Origin: an uncultured Spirochaetota bacterium
Lineage (GTDB): Bacteria; Spirochaetota; UBA4802; UBA5550
Length of the DNA: 64,000 bases
Direction: 5' to 3'
NCBI GenBank assembly: GCA_963827275.1
Contig: CAWHAA010000006.1
Location: forward strand, 224,001-288,000
The position numbers and the translations under genes were made by a program. Shown here one piece after another: positions 21,130-33,102 of this stretch (position 1 is its first letter; each line of letters starts with the position of its first letter). The notes under the pieces were generated by a model. That model was not told the origin of the DNA. It was given only the letters and a program-made list of their open reading frames with translations, and ran no database searches.

Positions 21130-21594
21130 ATGAAGCACGGAACATTTTTATTCATCGTCGCCGGCGTACTCTGTGCGGCACTCGGCGCACCCTTCGGCGG
21201 CACGGCCGCGGGAAGTTCCGATTCCTATGACGAATGCAGCGCCCGCTGCGCGCCGCTCCAGGGAGGGGAGGGCTGGGCCAAATGCATCACCACCTGCGTC
21301 AGGACAAAAAAAAAGAACGAGCCGGTGGGTGAGAGCGAAGTAAAGAAAAAAATGCGCGACTGCGAGGAACGGTGTTCCTCATACACCGGCGTGGACCGGG
21401 TCCGCTGCATCAGGATATGCCTTGACGCAAAAAAGGAACAGCGCCCGGCGAGGATCGTACGGCAACCGGCCGCGACGGTCCCCGATCCCTGCGAGACCAG
21501 GTGCGCGGTGCTTTCAGGGACACTGAAGGACAGGTGCACCGCCCGGTGCAGGAATGACACGAAATTCAACAGGAACGCGGACAGGTCCAGATAG
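21130..21594 (+). CDS. Secreted cysteine-rich protein with three twin-CX3C hairpin repeats
   Basis: RBS GGAGG; signal peptide; CSARC-X11-CITTC, CEERC-X10-CIRIC, CETRC-X10-CTARC. Confidence 0.75.
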   Translation: MKHGTFLFIVAGVLCAALGAPFGGTAAGSSDSYDECSARCAPLQGGEGWAKCITTCVRTKKKNEPVGESEVKKKMRDCEERCSSYTGVDRVRCIRICLDAKKEQRPARIVRQPAATVPDPCETRCAVLSGTLKDRCTARCRNDTKFNRNADRSR

Positions 21595-21677
21595 GCAAAA
21601 ATTCGCTCCGCTGTTCATTTTTGTATGGACGCGTAGCCGGGGGCGTACTATATTATAAAATGTCGTAAGGATATGCC

Positions 21678-22262
21678 ATGGCAAGAATTGTACTCGCGAT
21701 TAATCTCCTTGTCGCCACATTGGCGTTCATTACCTGTGAGCGGGAAAATGTTTACGATCTCGCAACGCTTGGATTCTCCCCGAAAACGGCAATCTATGTC
21801 TACCACATCGGCCAGGTTAACGGCGACCTCGATGGAAGGGACACGATCGATCGCATGTGCTTTAACCAGGGACTGCCCTATCACAAAACCCTTGATGCAA
21901 GCACCGTCAAGGCCCTTGTCAGCATGGACAGTTTCGATCAACTTCGTCTTGTCGTCCCTCCCGCATTCTGGGGCTACCCGGTCATCGGCATTTCAAACAC
22001 CCTGGCAACGACTCTCATCGCAACTTCCTGGTCAGGCATGGTCAGCGGATATTATGAAAACAGCATCGATGTCGCGCTCGGCATAGGGGGTATGAACTGG
22101 TGGTCCGGCAGCCTGGCGGACGGCAGCTTCGATACGACCTACAACTGCCTGAACTGGAGCACGTCTGATCCCCTGCAGTCCGGCCAGGTCGGCACAAATA
22201 CCTTGAGCACGACCCAGATCACCTGTGACATTCCGGCTTACCTTCTCTGTATCGCATATTGA
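21678..22262 (+). CDS. Lipoprotein with DUF1554/endostatin-like (Len-type) domain
   Basis: Spirochaete-like lipobox AFITC; GDLDGRDTIDRMC, WSG, NCLNWST...GQVG...C....LLCI. Confidence 0.6.
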   Translation: MARIVLAINLLVATLAFITCERENVYDLATLGFSPKTAIYVYHIGQVNGDLDGRDTIDRMCFNQGLPYHKTLDASTVKALVSMDSFDQLRLVVPPAFWGYPVIGISNTLATTLIATSWSGMVSGYYENSIDVALGIGGMNWWSGSLADGSFDTTYNCLNWSTSDPLQSGQVGTNTLSTTQITCDIPAYLLCIAY

Positions 22263-22406
22263 TACGTACTGAATCAGCCACACGCACCGCAGCGTCTCTC
22301 TGCCCTCATATCACGAATTATTCAAATTTTGCTTGATATAAATCGTATTGATCTGTTAAATAGCTGTTTTATATACACAGTTGAGAGGCTTTTCGCGCAA
22401 GGGTGA

Positions 22407-24132
<1,726 letters not shown>

Positions 24133-24186
24133 CCGATGCGATCTGCGCCGGAATAAAATACGATTATCCGTGATGGTTCAACCAGG

Positions 24187-24831
24187 ATGAAAACCGAGAT
24201 TTTTATAGTAAAAAAGCTGAAAAAAGACGGTACCATCGACGCCTCAGTAATACGGCGTCTTTCCGACGACCTCAAGGATGGTCGAATCGTCTTCATGCCC
24301 GTCGATATGATTTACGGGCTCGTTTCACTCGACAACCCGCAATGCCGTGAATCAGTCGGGAAGATGACCGGTGAAACCGAAGACACGCTCGTCCGCATGG
24401 TATCATCCTTCAAGATGCTTGATGAGGTGGCCACCATCGACAAGCTGGCCTTCGACTTTCTCCATCGGATCTGGCCCGGCGAATTGATCGTCTATGTGCA
24501 GAATCTCCGGAAAAAAGGGGGCTCGATATCAGCGAGGATGCCCAAGAGCAGGTACCAGCAGGATATCATTGAGCATGTAGGGAAACCCCTTGTCTATGGT
24601 TCATACCCGGCGACCGGGCAGCCCCCCATATTCGCAAAGAAGGACATCATAAAGGCCTTCGACGGGAAGGTCGGCAGCATCCTCATCATAGAAGAATTCT
24701 GCAAGGAACACACCCTCCCTTCCGTTGTTGACATCAGCACAGGCACGCTGAATATCATTCACGAAGGGAAAATATCAGCGGAAGAGATAAAGTCTTTGTA
24801 TTTTCTGGGTAAGGATGACCAGGGTCTTTGA
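24187..24831 (+). CDS. Sua5/YrdC/TsaC-fold protein (degenerate motifs)
   Basis: P.D.IYGL, WPGEL, PSVVD...I.HEG.I; lacks KxR and SAN motifs. Confidence 0.7.
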   Translation: MKTEIFIVKKLKKDGTIDASVIRRLSDDLKDGRIVFMPVDMIYGLVSLDNPQCRESVGKMTGETEDTLVRMVSSFKMLDEVATIDKLAFDFLHRIWPGELIVYVQNLRKKGGSISARMPKSRYQQDIIEHVGKPLVYGSYPATGQPPIFAKKDIIKAFDGKVGSILIIEEFCKEHTLPSVVDISTGTLNIIHEGKISAEEIKSLYFLGKDDQGL

Positions 24832-27678
24832 GCTTTCGTCGAGCAATAACGGTGTTGTTCTTCCTTCTTCTGCCGTATTTTTCACCCCACCCGACGGCGC
24901 AGGGCGCCCTCCCGTTTGAATCGCCCCCCCGGGAAATCCTCTCAACCGTGCATTTTGATATTTACTTTCCCGACGGCATGGAAACACTCGCGATGCGTAC
25001 CGCGCAGATCGCGGAAAGCGCGTATATCCGGGTCTCAAGCTACCTGCAGCATGACATTGCGGGGGTGATCCCGATCTTCCTCGCGTCTCCCGGCGGCGGT
25101 GACCATGCCTGCCATTTTATACACCGGCTGCCGGCCGTCCGGGGAGCTGCCGGAGGCAGATATTCCGCTTATCCGATTCACGCCGAATTTGACGGTTCAT
25201 ACTCCGGCTACCGGCGCAGGTTGACCCATGCAATGGTCCACTCGTTTCAACTGGATATACTGGCTGACGGCGGTAAAACGGTCCCGCTGCTCTCGTCTCT
25301 CCGCCTGCCGCTCTGGATAGCGGAGGGTATGGCTGAATATATTGCCGGCGGGGGCGAACAACCCTGCAGCCAAGTCATCCAATACTGCATGAAAAAAAAC
25401 CAATATGCACGCCTGAAATATAGTGACGGCTCGTATTTCAACCATCCTCTTATATATCGTGCGGCAGGGTACTCTTTTTGTTCATTCATTGAACAACGTT
25501 ACGGTAAAGAACTGTTCAGCGGGATGATACGGGATTTTCGCGACCTGGGCTACATGGATGATGTCATACGCGCCGGTACCGGCAAGAGCATGGAAGAGGT
25601 CGATGAAGAATGGGTTGAATTCATGCGATCAGCCGTCCATGATCAGGGTAGTTCCCTGACCGGGTCCGGCGTTTCATATATAGCACGAGAAGAGTCGGCA
25701 ATGAAGCATCTGGTTGCAGCCGTGTCACCTGACGGGACCATGATCGCCTACATGTCTGAGAAGGACGGTTTACCCGTGTTAAAGGTCGCCAGGTATGGCC
25801 GGGGAGTAGCGGTCGGGGGGCGTAGTGCCGCTACTCTCATCGATACTGGCGGGTGTGTCCCGCCCGTTCCGATCCGGGCTTCCGGGAATTCCCCTGCATG
25901 GTCGAATGATGGGCGGACTATTATAATGCCTTCAGGCCGCGGAATAGAAAGCGGCCTGCTGTTTGCTGATGCGGGATCGGGTCGTATCACGTCAAGGATA
26001 CCGCTGCCGTTCGCTGCGGTGCTGAATCCGTCTGTTTCGCGCAACGGACGGTACATTGCCTTTTCCGGCGTTGCCGGCTCCGCCGAGGACCTCTATCTCT
26101 ATGACAGGTCTGACGGCACGCTCGTGCGCCTTTCCGACGACAGCTTCTCCGACCGGTGTCCCGTTTTCATGCCCGATGGGAAAAGCGTGGTGTTTGCCTC
26201 AAACTGGAACAGGGAAGGTGATATTTTCCGCGGCAACTATTCACTATACCTCATTGATATTGCGACCGGGACACGCACGAAACTCGCCGGCGGTGAGAGT
26301 ATGAGCGCAATACAGCCGGACATTTCCCCCGATGGCAAGAAAATGCTCTATGTCAGCGATGCAAGCGGAACAAACAATGTCTGGCTGTATGATTTCACCA
26401 CAAAAAGACACGCGCGATTAACCGACAGCGCCGGCGGTGCGTATTATCCCCGGTGGCTCCCCGACGGCAGGCGGTTCGTTGTTTCTGTCTACCGGGACCA
26501 CGGGTTTGAACTGCGCATGAATGAAATCGGCACTGCCGTGATCCCGGGCAATGACATGCCGTCCATCAGGTCGTAACGAACCGGCGTTTCCTGCCGCGTA
26601 CGTACCGCTCTCCGGGGACCTCTTCCGGCGGTACGGCGACGGCATCAGGCCGGAGCATCTCAGGATCAACGCCGAGGGCTCAACCGGCGGCTCCTCGGTG
26701 TACGCGCGCCTCGACCTGTCAGACATGCTTTCACGTCATCGCCTCAGGCTTGCATCGAACTACATGCGCGAGTCGAAACAGGATGACCTCAGCGCCGGCC
26801 TTTCGTATCGTTACGCGGCTGGCGCATGGGACCTCGGCTGCGGTATTTTCAGGCAGGCCGGGCCCCTTGACGCCATGTCGCTCGAGACGGGGAACGGCCC
26901 GGCCGAACAGCCCGGTGCCGGGCGTAACGCCGGTAGCGCCCCTTATTACGGCGGAGCCCTGGGTTTTTCTTATACCTTCTTTCGCCATGTCACCTTCGCA
27001 ATCAGGATTGAAGCGGGAGGACATCAACAACGGTTCAAAGAATATGAAATGCGGAAAGACCATGCTGCCGGCCTTGGCAAGCTGACCGCTTCGCTCGAAT
27101 ATGACTCCCTGCTCAGGGGCGCGATGGTCCCGGTCAGGGGACTCTGGTGCCGTATCAACGCCGAGCAGACCATCGGCCTGGACCGTGGAAACACCTTCAC
27201 CGGCCTCGCGGCCGACATCCGGTACTACGCGCATCCGGACAAGCACTGCATCGTGATGCTCCGCGGGGCAGGGGGCACCAGGATCGGAAGCGCAATGGGG
27301 GATATCACATACCATATAGGCGGCTATGCCAGCCTGAGGGGCTTCGATCTTCTCAGCCTGAGCGGCAACAACATGTTTTTCTTCAACGCGGAGCTGTGGC
27401 TGACCCCCGGGGACTGGAGATTATTCGGTATGCCGCTATCGGGTCCCTCCGGCTCTATCGGATTTGTCCTGTTCATCGACGCAGGCGCCGCCTGGACAGG
27501 CTCTTTTTCCCTGCTCGATAAGAGCGGGAGGTTTGATGACTTAAAAATTGATTTTGGATTCGGTATTCGTGCAGCAATATCACCTGTTTTATTTTTAAAA
27601 CTTGACTTTGCCTGCCCCTTTGATAAAAAGTCGTTCAAAGAAAATAAAATTCTGTTCAGCATGGGCTTCGATTACTAG
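24828..27678 (+). CDS. Peptidase-MA-like + PD40/TolB beta-propeller + Omp85/BamA-type barrel; two ORFs (24828..26576, 26551..27678), probably one gene with a +1 frameshift near 26560
   Basis: THAMVH..Q and PLWIAEGMAEY; SPDG/PD40 repeats; Omp85 motifs IGGYASLRGF, FIDAG.AW, GFGIR; terminal GFDY. Confidence 0.75.
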
Positions 27679-27763
27679 GAATGATCCGATGCGGCATTGT
27701 ATCTAACGAACCGTGAAGCAGTATGCCGATAATAAAAAGAAAGCACAACCAGGCGGTTTGAGA

Positions 27764-28354
27764 ATGGAACGAAAAGGTACTGTCACCAGGAAGACCAAAG
27801 AGACTGACATAACAGCCGAAGTAATCCTCGACAGCATACAGAAATCCGAGATCGAGAGCGGCGTCCCCTTCTTTGACCACATGCTGGAAGCCATGTCGAA
27901 GCATGGCAGGATCCGTATGAAACTCCATTGCGCCGGCGACCGTGAAATTGACGACCACCATTCAGTTGAAGACATCGGTATCGTGCTGGGCCAGGCGGTA
28001 AAACAGGCACTTGGCGACAAGTCGGGCATCACCCGGTTCGGCGATGTAACAATTCCCATGGATGACGCTCTTACCATGGTGGCGGTGGACCTTTCCGGGC
28101 GCCCGTATTACAAATATACCGGGCCCCGTCTTGCGGGTGCGGTCGGCTCATACGACGAGGAACTTACCGATGAATTTTTACGGGCATTTGCGATGAACGC
28201 GGGGGTCAACCTGCACGTAACGGTGTTCTACGGCCAGAACAAGCACCATGTCCATGAAACCATATTCAAGGCGCTGGGCCTTGCGCTCTGCAGGGCCGCC
28301 TCAATTGATCCGGCCCTGAAAGGCGCGGTGCCGTCAACAAAAGGGACGATATGA
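27764..28354 (+). CDS. hisB: Imidazoleglycerol-phosphate dehydratase
   Basis: RKTKETDI, FFDHML, DDHHSVED, PMDDAL, NKHHVHE. Confidence 0.96.
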   Translation: MERKGTVTRKTKETDITAEVILDSIQKSEIESGVPFFDHMLEAMSKHGRIRMKLHCAGDREIDDHHSVEDIGIVLGQAVKQALGDKSGITRFGDVTIPMDDALTMVAVDLSGRPYYKYTGPRLAGAVGSYDEELTDEFLRAFAMNAGVNLHVTVFYGQNKHHVHETIFKALGLALCRAASIDPALKGAVPSTKGTI

Positions 28355-28959
28355 TTACTGTCATTGATTACGGGATGGGCAACCTGCGGTCGGTCGCCAA
28401 GGCGGTCGAGAAGTATACCGATGAGGTGGCCATTTCTGACGATCCATCTTCAATTGATGGATCGGACGGGCTTATAATGCCCGGTGACGGCGCGTTCGGC
28501 ATGGCGATGCAAAACCTTACAGAACGCGGATGGATAGAACCGATACATGACTTTATCAGCAACGGCGGCCATTTTTTCGGCATCTGCCTCGGCTTCCAGC
28601 TCCTTTTTTCAGAAAGTGATGAATTCGGCTCGCACCGCGGCCTTGACATCATCCCGGGCTCAGTCGTCCGTTTTAAGCCGGGCAGCCTCAAGGTGCCGCA
28701 CATGGGCTGGAACACGGTCGAGTTGGAACATGAAGCGCCGTGCCTTGCCGGCGTCCCGTCGGGGAGCTATTTTTATTTCATTCACTCCTATTACCCGCAA
28801 GTGCGCGACCTGAGCTGGGTCATAGGTGAGGTTGAGTATGGCGATCGTTTTCCCTGCATCGTGGGAAAGGGCAACGTGATCGCGACACAGTTCCATCCCG
28901 AGAAGAGCCATACAACAGGCCTCAGGATCATTGAAAATTTCGTGAGAACGGTATGCTGA
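28351..28959 (+). CDS. hisH: Imidazole glycerol phosphate synthase, glutaminase subunit
   Basis: DYGMGNL, GICLG, PHMGWN, QFHPEKS. Confidence 0.96.
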   Translation: MITVIDYGMGNLRSVAKAVEKYTDEVAISDDPSSIDGSDGLIMPGDGAFGMAMQNLTERGWIEPIHDFISNGGHFFGICLGFQLLFSESDEFGSHRGLDIIPGSVVRFKPGSLKVPHMGWNTVELEHEAPCLAGVPSGSYFYFIHSYYPQVRDLSWVIGEVEYGDRFPCIVGKGNVIATQFHPEKSHTTGLRIIENFVRTVC

Positions 28960-29672
28960 TCATCCCTGCCATTGATATCCGCGGCGGCAACTGCGTGCGG
29001 CTCCTCCAGGGCGACCCTGACCGCCAGACCGTGTATTCAGCCGATCCGGTCGATATGGCAAAACGCTTTCAGGACGCGGGTGCGAAACTGATCCACGTGG
29101 TGGACCTTGACGGCGCGTTTTCAGGCGCACCGGTGAACCATGCCATCATAACCGCCATGGCGGGGTCCGTATCAGTTCCGATCGAGGTGGGCGGCGGCAT
29201 ACGGAGCGAGGAAAGCATACGCAGGTACGCGGACAGCGGCATCCGGCGTATCATCGCCGGCACCGTTCTGCTCGGCGATTCGTTCAGGGGCAGCATCGAG
29301 CGCTACAAGGACCTGATCATCGCAGGGATCGACGCGAAAAACTCGATGGTGGCCACGCATGGCTGGAAGAAGGTTTCGGATATGCGGGCGACGGACATGA
29401 TCCGGCATTACCATGGCATGGGGATACGCGAATTCATATACACGGATATCGCCACTGACGGCATGCTGACCGGCCCGAACCTGGCCGCAATCACGGACAT
29501 ATTGACCGAGGTCCCCGGCATCGACCTCATCGCCTCGGGTGGGATATCGTCACTGGACGACATCGACCGCCTCACGCGGATAGCGGTGAAAGGCGTAAAG
29601 GGGTGCATCACCGGCAAGGCCATCTACGACGGCAGAATTGAACTTAAGGAAGCAATTGCCCGTTTCGGGTAA
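28953..29672 (+). CDS. hisA: ProFAR isomerase
   Basis: IIPAIDI..G.CVRL.QG, HVVDLDGA, GGGIR, TDI..DGML.GPN. Confidence 0.96.
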   Translation: MLIIPAIDIRGGNCVRLLQGDPDRQTVYSADPVDMAKRFQDAGAKLIHVVDLDGAFSGAPVNHAIITAMAGSVSVPIEVGGGIRSEESIRRYADSGIRRIIAGTVLLGDSFRGSIERYKDLIIAGIDAKNSMVATHGWKKVSDMRATDMIRHYHGMGIREFIYTDIATDGMLTGPNLAAITDILTEVPGIDLIASGGISSLDDIDRLTRIAVKGVKGCITGKAIYDGRIELKEAIARFG

Positions 29673-29681
29673 GGTGTCAAC

Positions 29682-30740
29682 ATGAAGCGCAGACTCGACA
29701 ACGATTTAAACTTCTCCTTTCCCACGGAGATTGAGCAGTACGAGCGTAAGATTTACGACCTCCGGCAGCTCATAGAGATCAGCAAGGGACTCAATTCGAC
29801 GCTGGAATATAACATCCTCATCGATTCCATCCTGCTTACCTGCATGGGCCAGATGCAGCTTCTCATGGCCGGGATATTCCTGAAGAAGGGCATCGGAAAT
29901 GAAAACTACGCCCTGCATCGTAATTATAAAGGCTTCGACGTTGACCATTCGATCGATTATGAGCTTGACCCGGATTCAGAGCTCGTCAAGTTCATGGAAC
30001 GCGACTTCAAGTGCTATTCCCCGGAAGAGCTCGATGCCGGCGTCGGGAACGACCGCTCTTTAGGCATTCTGAAGATGCTCAAGCCGTCGCTGATTGTCCC
30101 GCTCATGAGCAAGGGCACGCTCAACGGCATCATCATACTGGGGGACCGCATCAATTCGAAGGACTTTTCAGAGAGCGAAAAAGAATACCTCATGGACATC
30201 GCCTCCCTTGCGGGCATCGCGATACACAATGCGTCCCTTTACGAGATGGCCACCACGGACATGATGACGCGCCTCAAAATACACCATTACTTTCACACGC
30301 TCCTCGTGGACGAGGTTGATCGCGCCCGGCGTCTCTCGAGGCCTCTCTGCGTCATAATGGCCGATATCGACCACTTCAAGATCGTCAATGATATGAACGG
30401 GCACCAGGCAGGCGACATGGTGCTTATAAACGTGGCGAAAATAATACGGGACAGCATCCGCCATATTGACGTGGCGTCCCGCTACGGCGGCGAGGAATTC
30501 GCCGTCATACTCCCCGGCACGGAGATCCATGAGGCCCTTGTCGTCGCGGAACGGATCCGTCAGAATATCGAAAAATCAATGGTCGTATACGACGGCAGGG
30601 AGATCGGGGCGACGATATCGATCGGGGTCACCCAGTATGACCCGGACCTCGATAAAACAAAAAACACCCTGATAGAGCGGGCCGACAAGGCCCTCTATAT
30701 ATCGAAGCGAAACGGCAGGAACCTCGTCTCGTTTATTTAA
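29682..30740 (+). CDS. GAF-GGDEF diguanylate cyclase with I-site
   Basis: DIDHFK, RHID (RxxD), RYGGEEF, ADKALY. Confidence 0.92.
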   Translation: MKRRLDNDLNFSFPTEIEQYERKIYDLRQLIEISKGLNSTLEYNILIDSILLTCMGQMQLLMAGIFLKKGIGNENYALHRNYKGFDVDHSIDYELDPDSELVKFMERDFKCYSPEELDAGVGNDRSLGILKMLKPSLIVPLMSKGTLNGIIILGDRINSKDFSESEKEYLMDIASLAGIAIHNASLYEMATTDMMTRLKIHHYFHTLLVDEVDRARRLSRPLCVIMADIDHFKIVNDMNGHQAGDMVLINVAKIIRDSIRHIDVASRYGGEEFAVILPGTEIHEALVVAERIRQNIEKSMVVYDGREIGATISIGVTQYDPDLDKTKNTLIERADKALYISKRNGRNLVSFI

Positions 30741-30845
30741 CAGGCTCTACTCGCCCGTTCCCGCCCCGGTTCCTGAAGCGCCATGGACCGGCAAATAATT
30801 TCTTGACATAAATCGACTTGTTATATTAATTGACTTTCTAAACAA

Positions 30846-30919
30846 GGGCCCATAGCTCAGTAGGTTAGAGCATCTGACTCATAATCAGAGGGTGAAAGGT
30901 TCGAATCCTTTTGGGCCCA
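30846..30919 (+). tRNA. tRNA with CAT anticodon, most likely tRNA-Ile2 (lysidine); CCA not encoded
   Basis: GGGCCCA/TGGGCCC acceptor stem, TCTGA-CTCATAA-TCAGA anticodon arm, GGTTCGAATCC T arm. Ile2 versus elongator Met is inferred from the acceptor stem. Confidence 0.9.
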
Positions 30920-30956
30920 TTTTATCGAAACAGAACGAATTAAGGATAATAACAGT

Positions 30957-31271
30957 ATGTACGCAATAGTGGAAATAGCAGGCAAGCAGTACCGGGTTGA
31001 AAAAGACACGACCATCAATGTTGATAAACTCGAAAAAAACGCGAATGACGATCTGGTCATCGATAAGATACTGATGGTGGCGAACGGCGACACGATCCTT
31101 GTCGGACAGCCGTACGTGAAAAACGCCAAAGTCACCGCGAAGGTGCTCGGCGACATCAAGGGCGAAAAGGTGCGGGGAATAAAGTTCCTCAAACGCAAGC
31201 GTCATGAGCGGACCATCGGCCACCGCCAGAATTATTCGCAGATCATTATCAGCGAATTGTCGGTCGGCTAA
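30957..31271 (+). CDS. rplU: 50S ribosomal protein L21
   Basis: MYAIVEIAGKQYRV...GHRQ. Confidence 0.97.
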   Translation: MYAIVEIAGKQYRVEKDTTINVDKLEKNANDDLVIDKILMVANGDTILVGQPYVKNAKVTAKVLGDIKGEKVRGIKFLKRKRHERTIGHRQNYSQIIISELSVG

Positions 31272-31279
31272 AAGCGGAG

Positions 31280-31684
31280 TTGATAACTGTAACGTTAACT
31301 AATATACAGTATGATGAAGAGCTGGTCCTGGTCGAATCGGACAGCGGATTTGTCGGTTTGACCGTTGAAGGTCATGCGTTGTTCGGAGGCGGCCCGGCCG
31401 GTATAGACGCCGCGGGAAGCCGGAAGGGTGAAAACATTGTCTGCTCTGCCGTTTCCTTTTCGGCGCTGACGATGCTGAAATCGATCACCTTGATTGCCGG
31501 CGTCAAACCGGAATATAACGTACGAGAAGGGTTCCTGGATTTCAGGATACGCATAAAGGAACTGAGCGCGGAAACGAAGAACATACTGCGGGTATTGCTT
31601 GAATCCTTCATGATAGGCATTCTCGACATGAAGCGTGCATATCCCGGATTATTCGCCGTGCGCGGTGTTACTCAAAACAAGTAA
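31280..31684 (+). CDS. prp: Ribosomal-processing cysteine protease Prp
   Basis: GHA...[10 protein letters not shown]; lies between rplU and rpmA. Confidence 0.85.
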   Translation: MITVTLTNIQYDEELVLVESDSGFVGLTVEGHALFGGGPAGIDAAGSRKGENIVCSAVSFSALTMLKSITLIAGVKPEYNVREGFLDFRIRIKELSAETKNILRVLLESFMIGILDMKRAYPGLFAVRGVTQNK

Positions 31685-31704
31685 GATACACAGAGGAGAA
31701 TATC

Positions 31705-31962
31705 ATGGCACACAAAAAAGGCGGCGGGTCCACCAGAAACGGGCGCGATTCACAGCCCAAGATGCTCGGCGTCAAGAGATATGGCGGCCAGCTCATAAAA
31801 GGCGGGACAATCATCGTCCGTCAGCGCGGGACAAGGATACACCCGGGCAACAATGTCGGCTGCGGACGGGACTTTACCCTCTTCGCGCTGGTTGACGGCG
31901 TAGTTACTTTCGAGCGGTTCGGGAAAAAAAGGAAGAAGGTTTCCGTCTATCCACAGGCGTAG
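31705..31962 (+). CDS. rpmA: 50S ribosomal protein L27
   Basis: [25 protein letters not shown]. Confidence 0.98.
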   Translation: MAHKKGGGSTRNGRDSQPKMLGVKRYGGQLIKGGTIIVRQRGTRIHPGNNVGCGRDFTLFALVDGVVTFERFGKKRKKVSVYPQA

Positions 31963-31989
31963 CAACACTATCCCAGGCCTGAGAACATG

Positions 31990-32025
31990 AATCGCGTATT
32001 ATAAACAATACGCGATTTGTTTTTT
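31990..32025 (+). terminator. Intrinsic terminator between rpmA and obgE
   Basis: AATCGCGTATT-ATAAAC-AATACGCGATT-TGTTTTTT. Confidence 0.75.
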
Positions 32026-32094
32026 AAAGAGTGCGGCATGCAGCGGCGTGACGGAGGCCTGCCGGTATAAACGATATCATAGAGAGATCACCCC

Positions 32095-33102
32095 GTGCCA
32101 AAGTTCACCGATACAACATTCATACGCATCAAGGCCGGCAACGGCGGCCGCGGCGCGGTCACGTTTCACAGGGAAAAATTCATCGCCTGGGGCGGGCCTG
32201 ACGGCGGGGACGGCGGCAAGGGCGGCGATGTGTACATTGAGGCAGACCCGCGCCTCCATAATCTCTCCCACCTTTTCAGAGACCGCCTCTACCGGGCGGA
32301 AAACGGCCACCAGGGCTCGGGGAACAACAAGCATGGGAAAAACGGCGCAGACATGACCGTGAAGGTGCCCCCGGGGACGCAGGTGATCGATTATGAGACT
32401 GAAGAAGTGCTGGCGGACATGGTGGAGGAGGGCGCCCGCATCCTCATCGCGGAGGGCGGTATCGGCGGCAAGGGGAACGCCTTCTTTAAATCGTCCACCC
32501 ACCAGACTCCCCGCTACGCCCAGACCGGCATCCCCACTGAGGAGCGGAGGATCACGCTGAACCTGAAGCTCATAGCGGACATAGGGCTCGTGGGCCTTCC
32601 CAACGCGGGCAAATCAACCCTCCTTTCGGCGATCACCAACGCGAGGCCGAAGATCGCCGATTATCCCTTCACGACCCTGATACCGAACCTCGGCGTAATA
32701 GAAAGAGCTGACGGGTCGGTATATAAGATAGCCGACATTCCCGGCATCATAGAGGGAGCGCACCGCGGCCAGGGCCTCGGGCTCTCCTTCCTGCAGCACA
32801 TCGAGCGTGTCAGGGCGATACTGTTCATACTCGATATAACCGGCGATGACCTTGAATACACGCTCAACCTCCTTAAATCGGAGCTCGATTCTTACAACAG
32901 GGAGCTTACCTCCAAGCCCTGCTTTATATTGCTGAATAAAATCGACCTCATGGCGGAAGAGGAGATATGGGAAAAGAGAAGGCTCCTTACCGAAGAAAAT
33001 GTTCTTCCCATTTCGGCTGAAAGGGGCGACAATATACATGAATTGCTGAAGATTCTTGACCAACTCATGGAGACGGGCGGTGCCGAGGAAAAACGCGGTT
33101 AA
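32095..33102 (+). CDS. obgE: GTPase ObgE/CgtA
   Basis: GGPDGGDGG, GLPNAGKST, YPFTT, DIPG, NKID. Confidence 0.97.
   Translation: MPKFTDTTFIRIKAGNGGRGAVTFHREKFIAWGGPDGGDGGKGGDVYIEADPRLHNLSHLFRDRLYRAENGHQGSGNNKHGKNGADMTVKVPPGTQVIDYETEEVLADMVEEGARILIAEGGIGGKGNAFFKSSTHQTPRYAQTGIPTEERRITLNLKLIADIGLVGLPNAGKSTLLSAITNARPKIADYPFTTLIPNLGVIERADGSVYKIADIPGIIEGAHRGQGLGLSFLQHIERVRAILFILDITGDDLEYTLNLLKSELDSYNRELTSKPCFILLNKIDLMAEEEIWEKRRLLTEENVLPISAERGDNIHELLKILDQLMETGGAEEKRG

Noticed and set aside
32095..33102. Obg lacking a C-terminal extension
   Set aside because: Short Obg proteins are common in many phyla.
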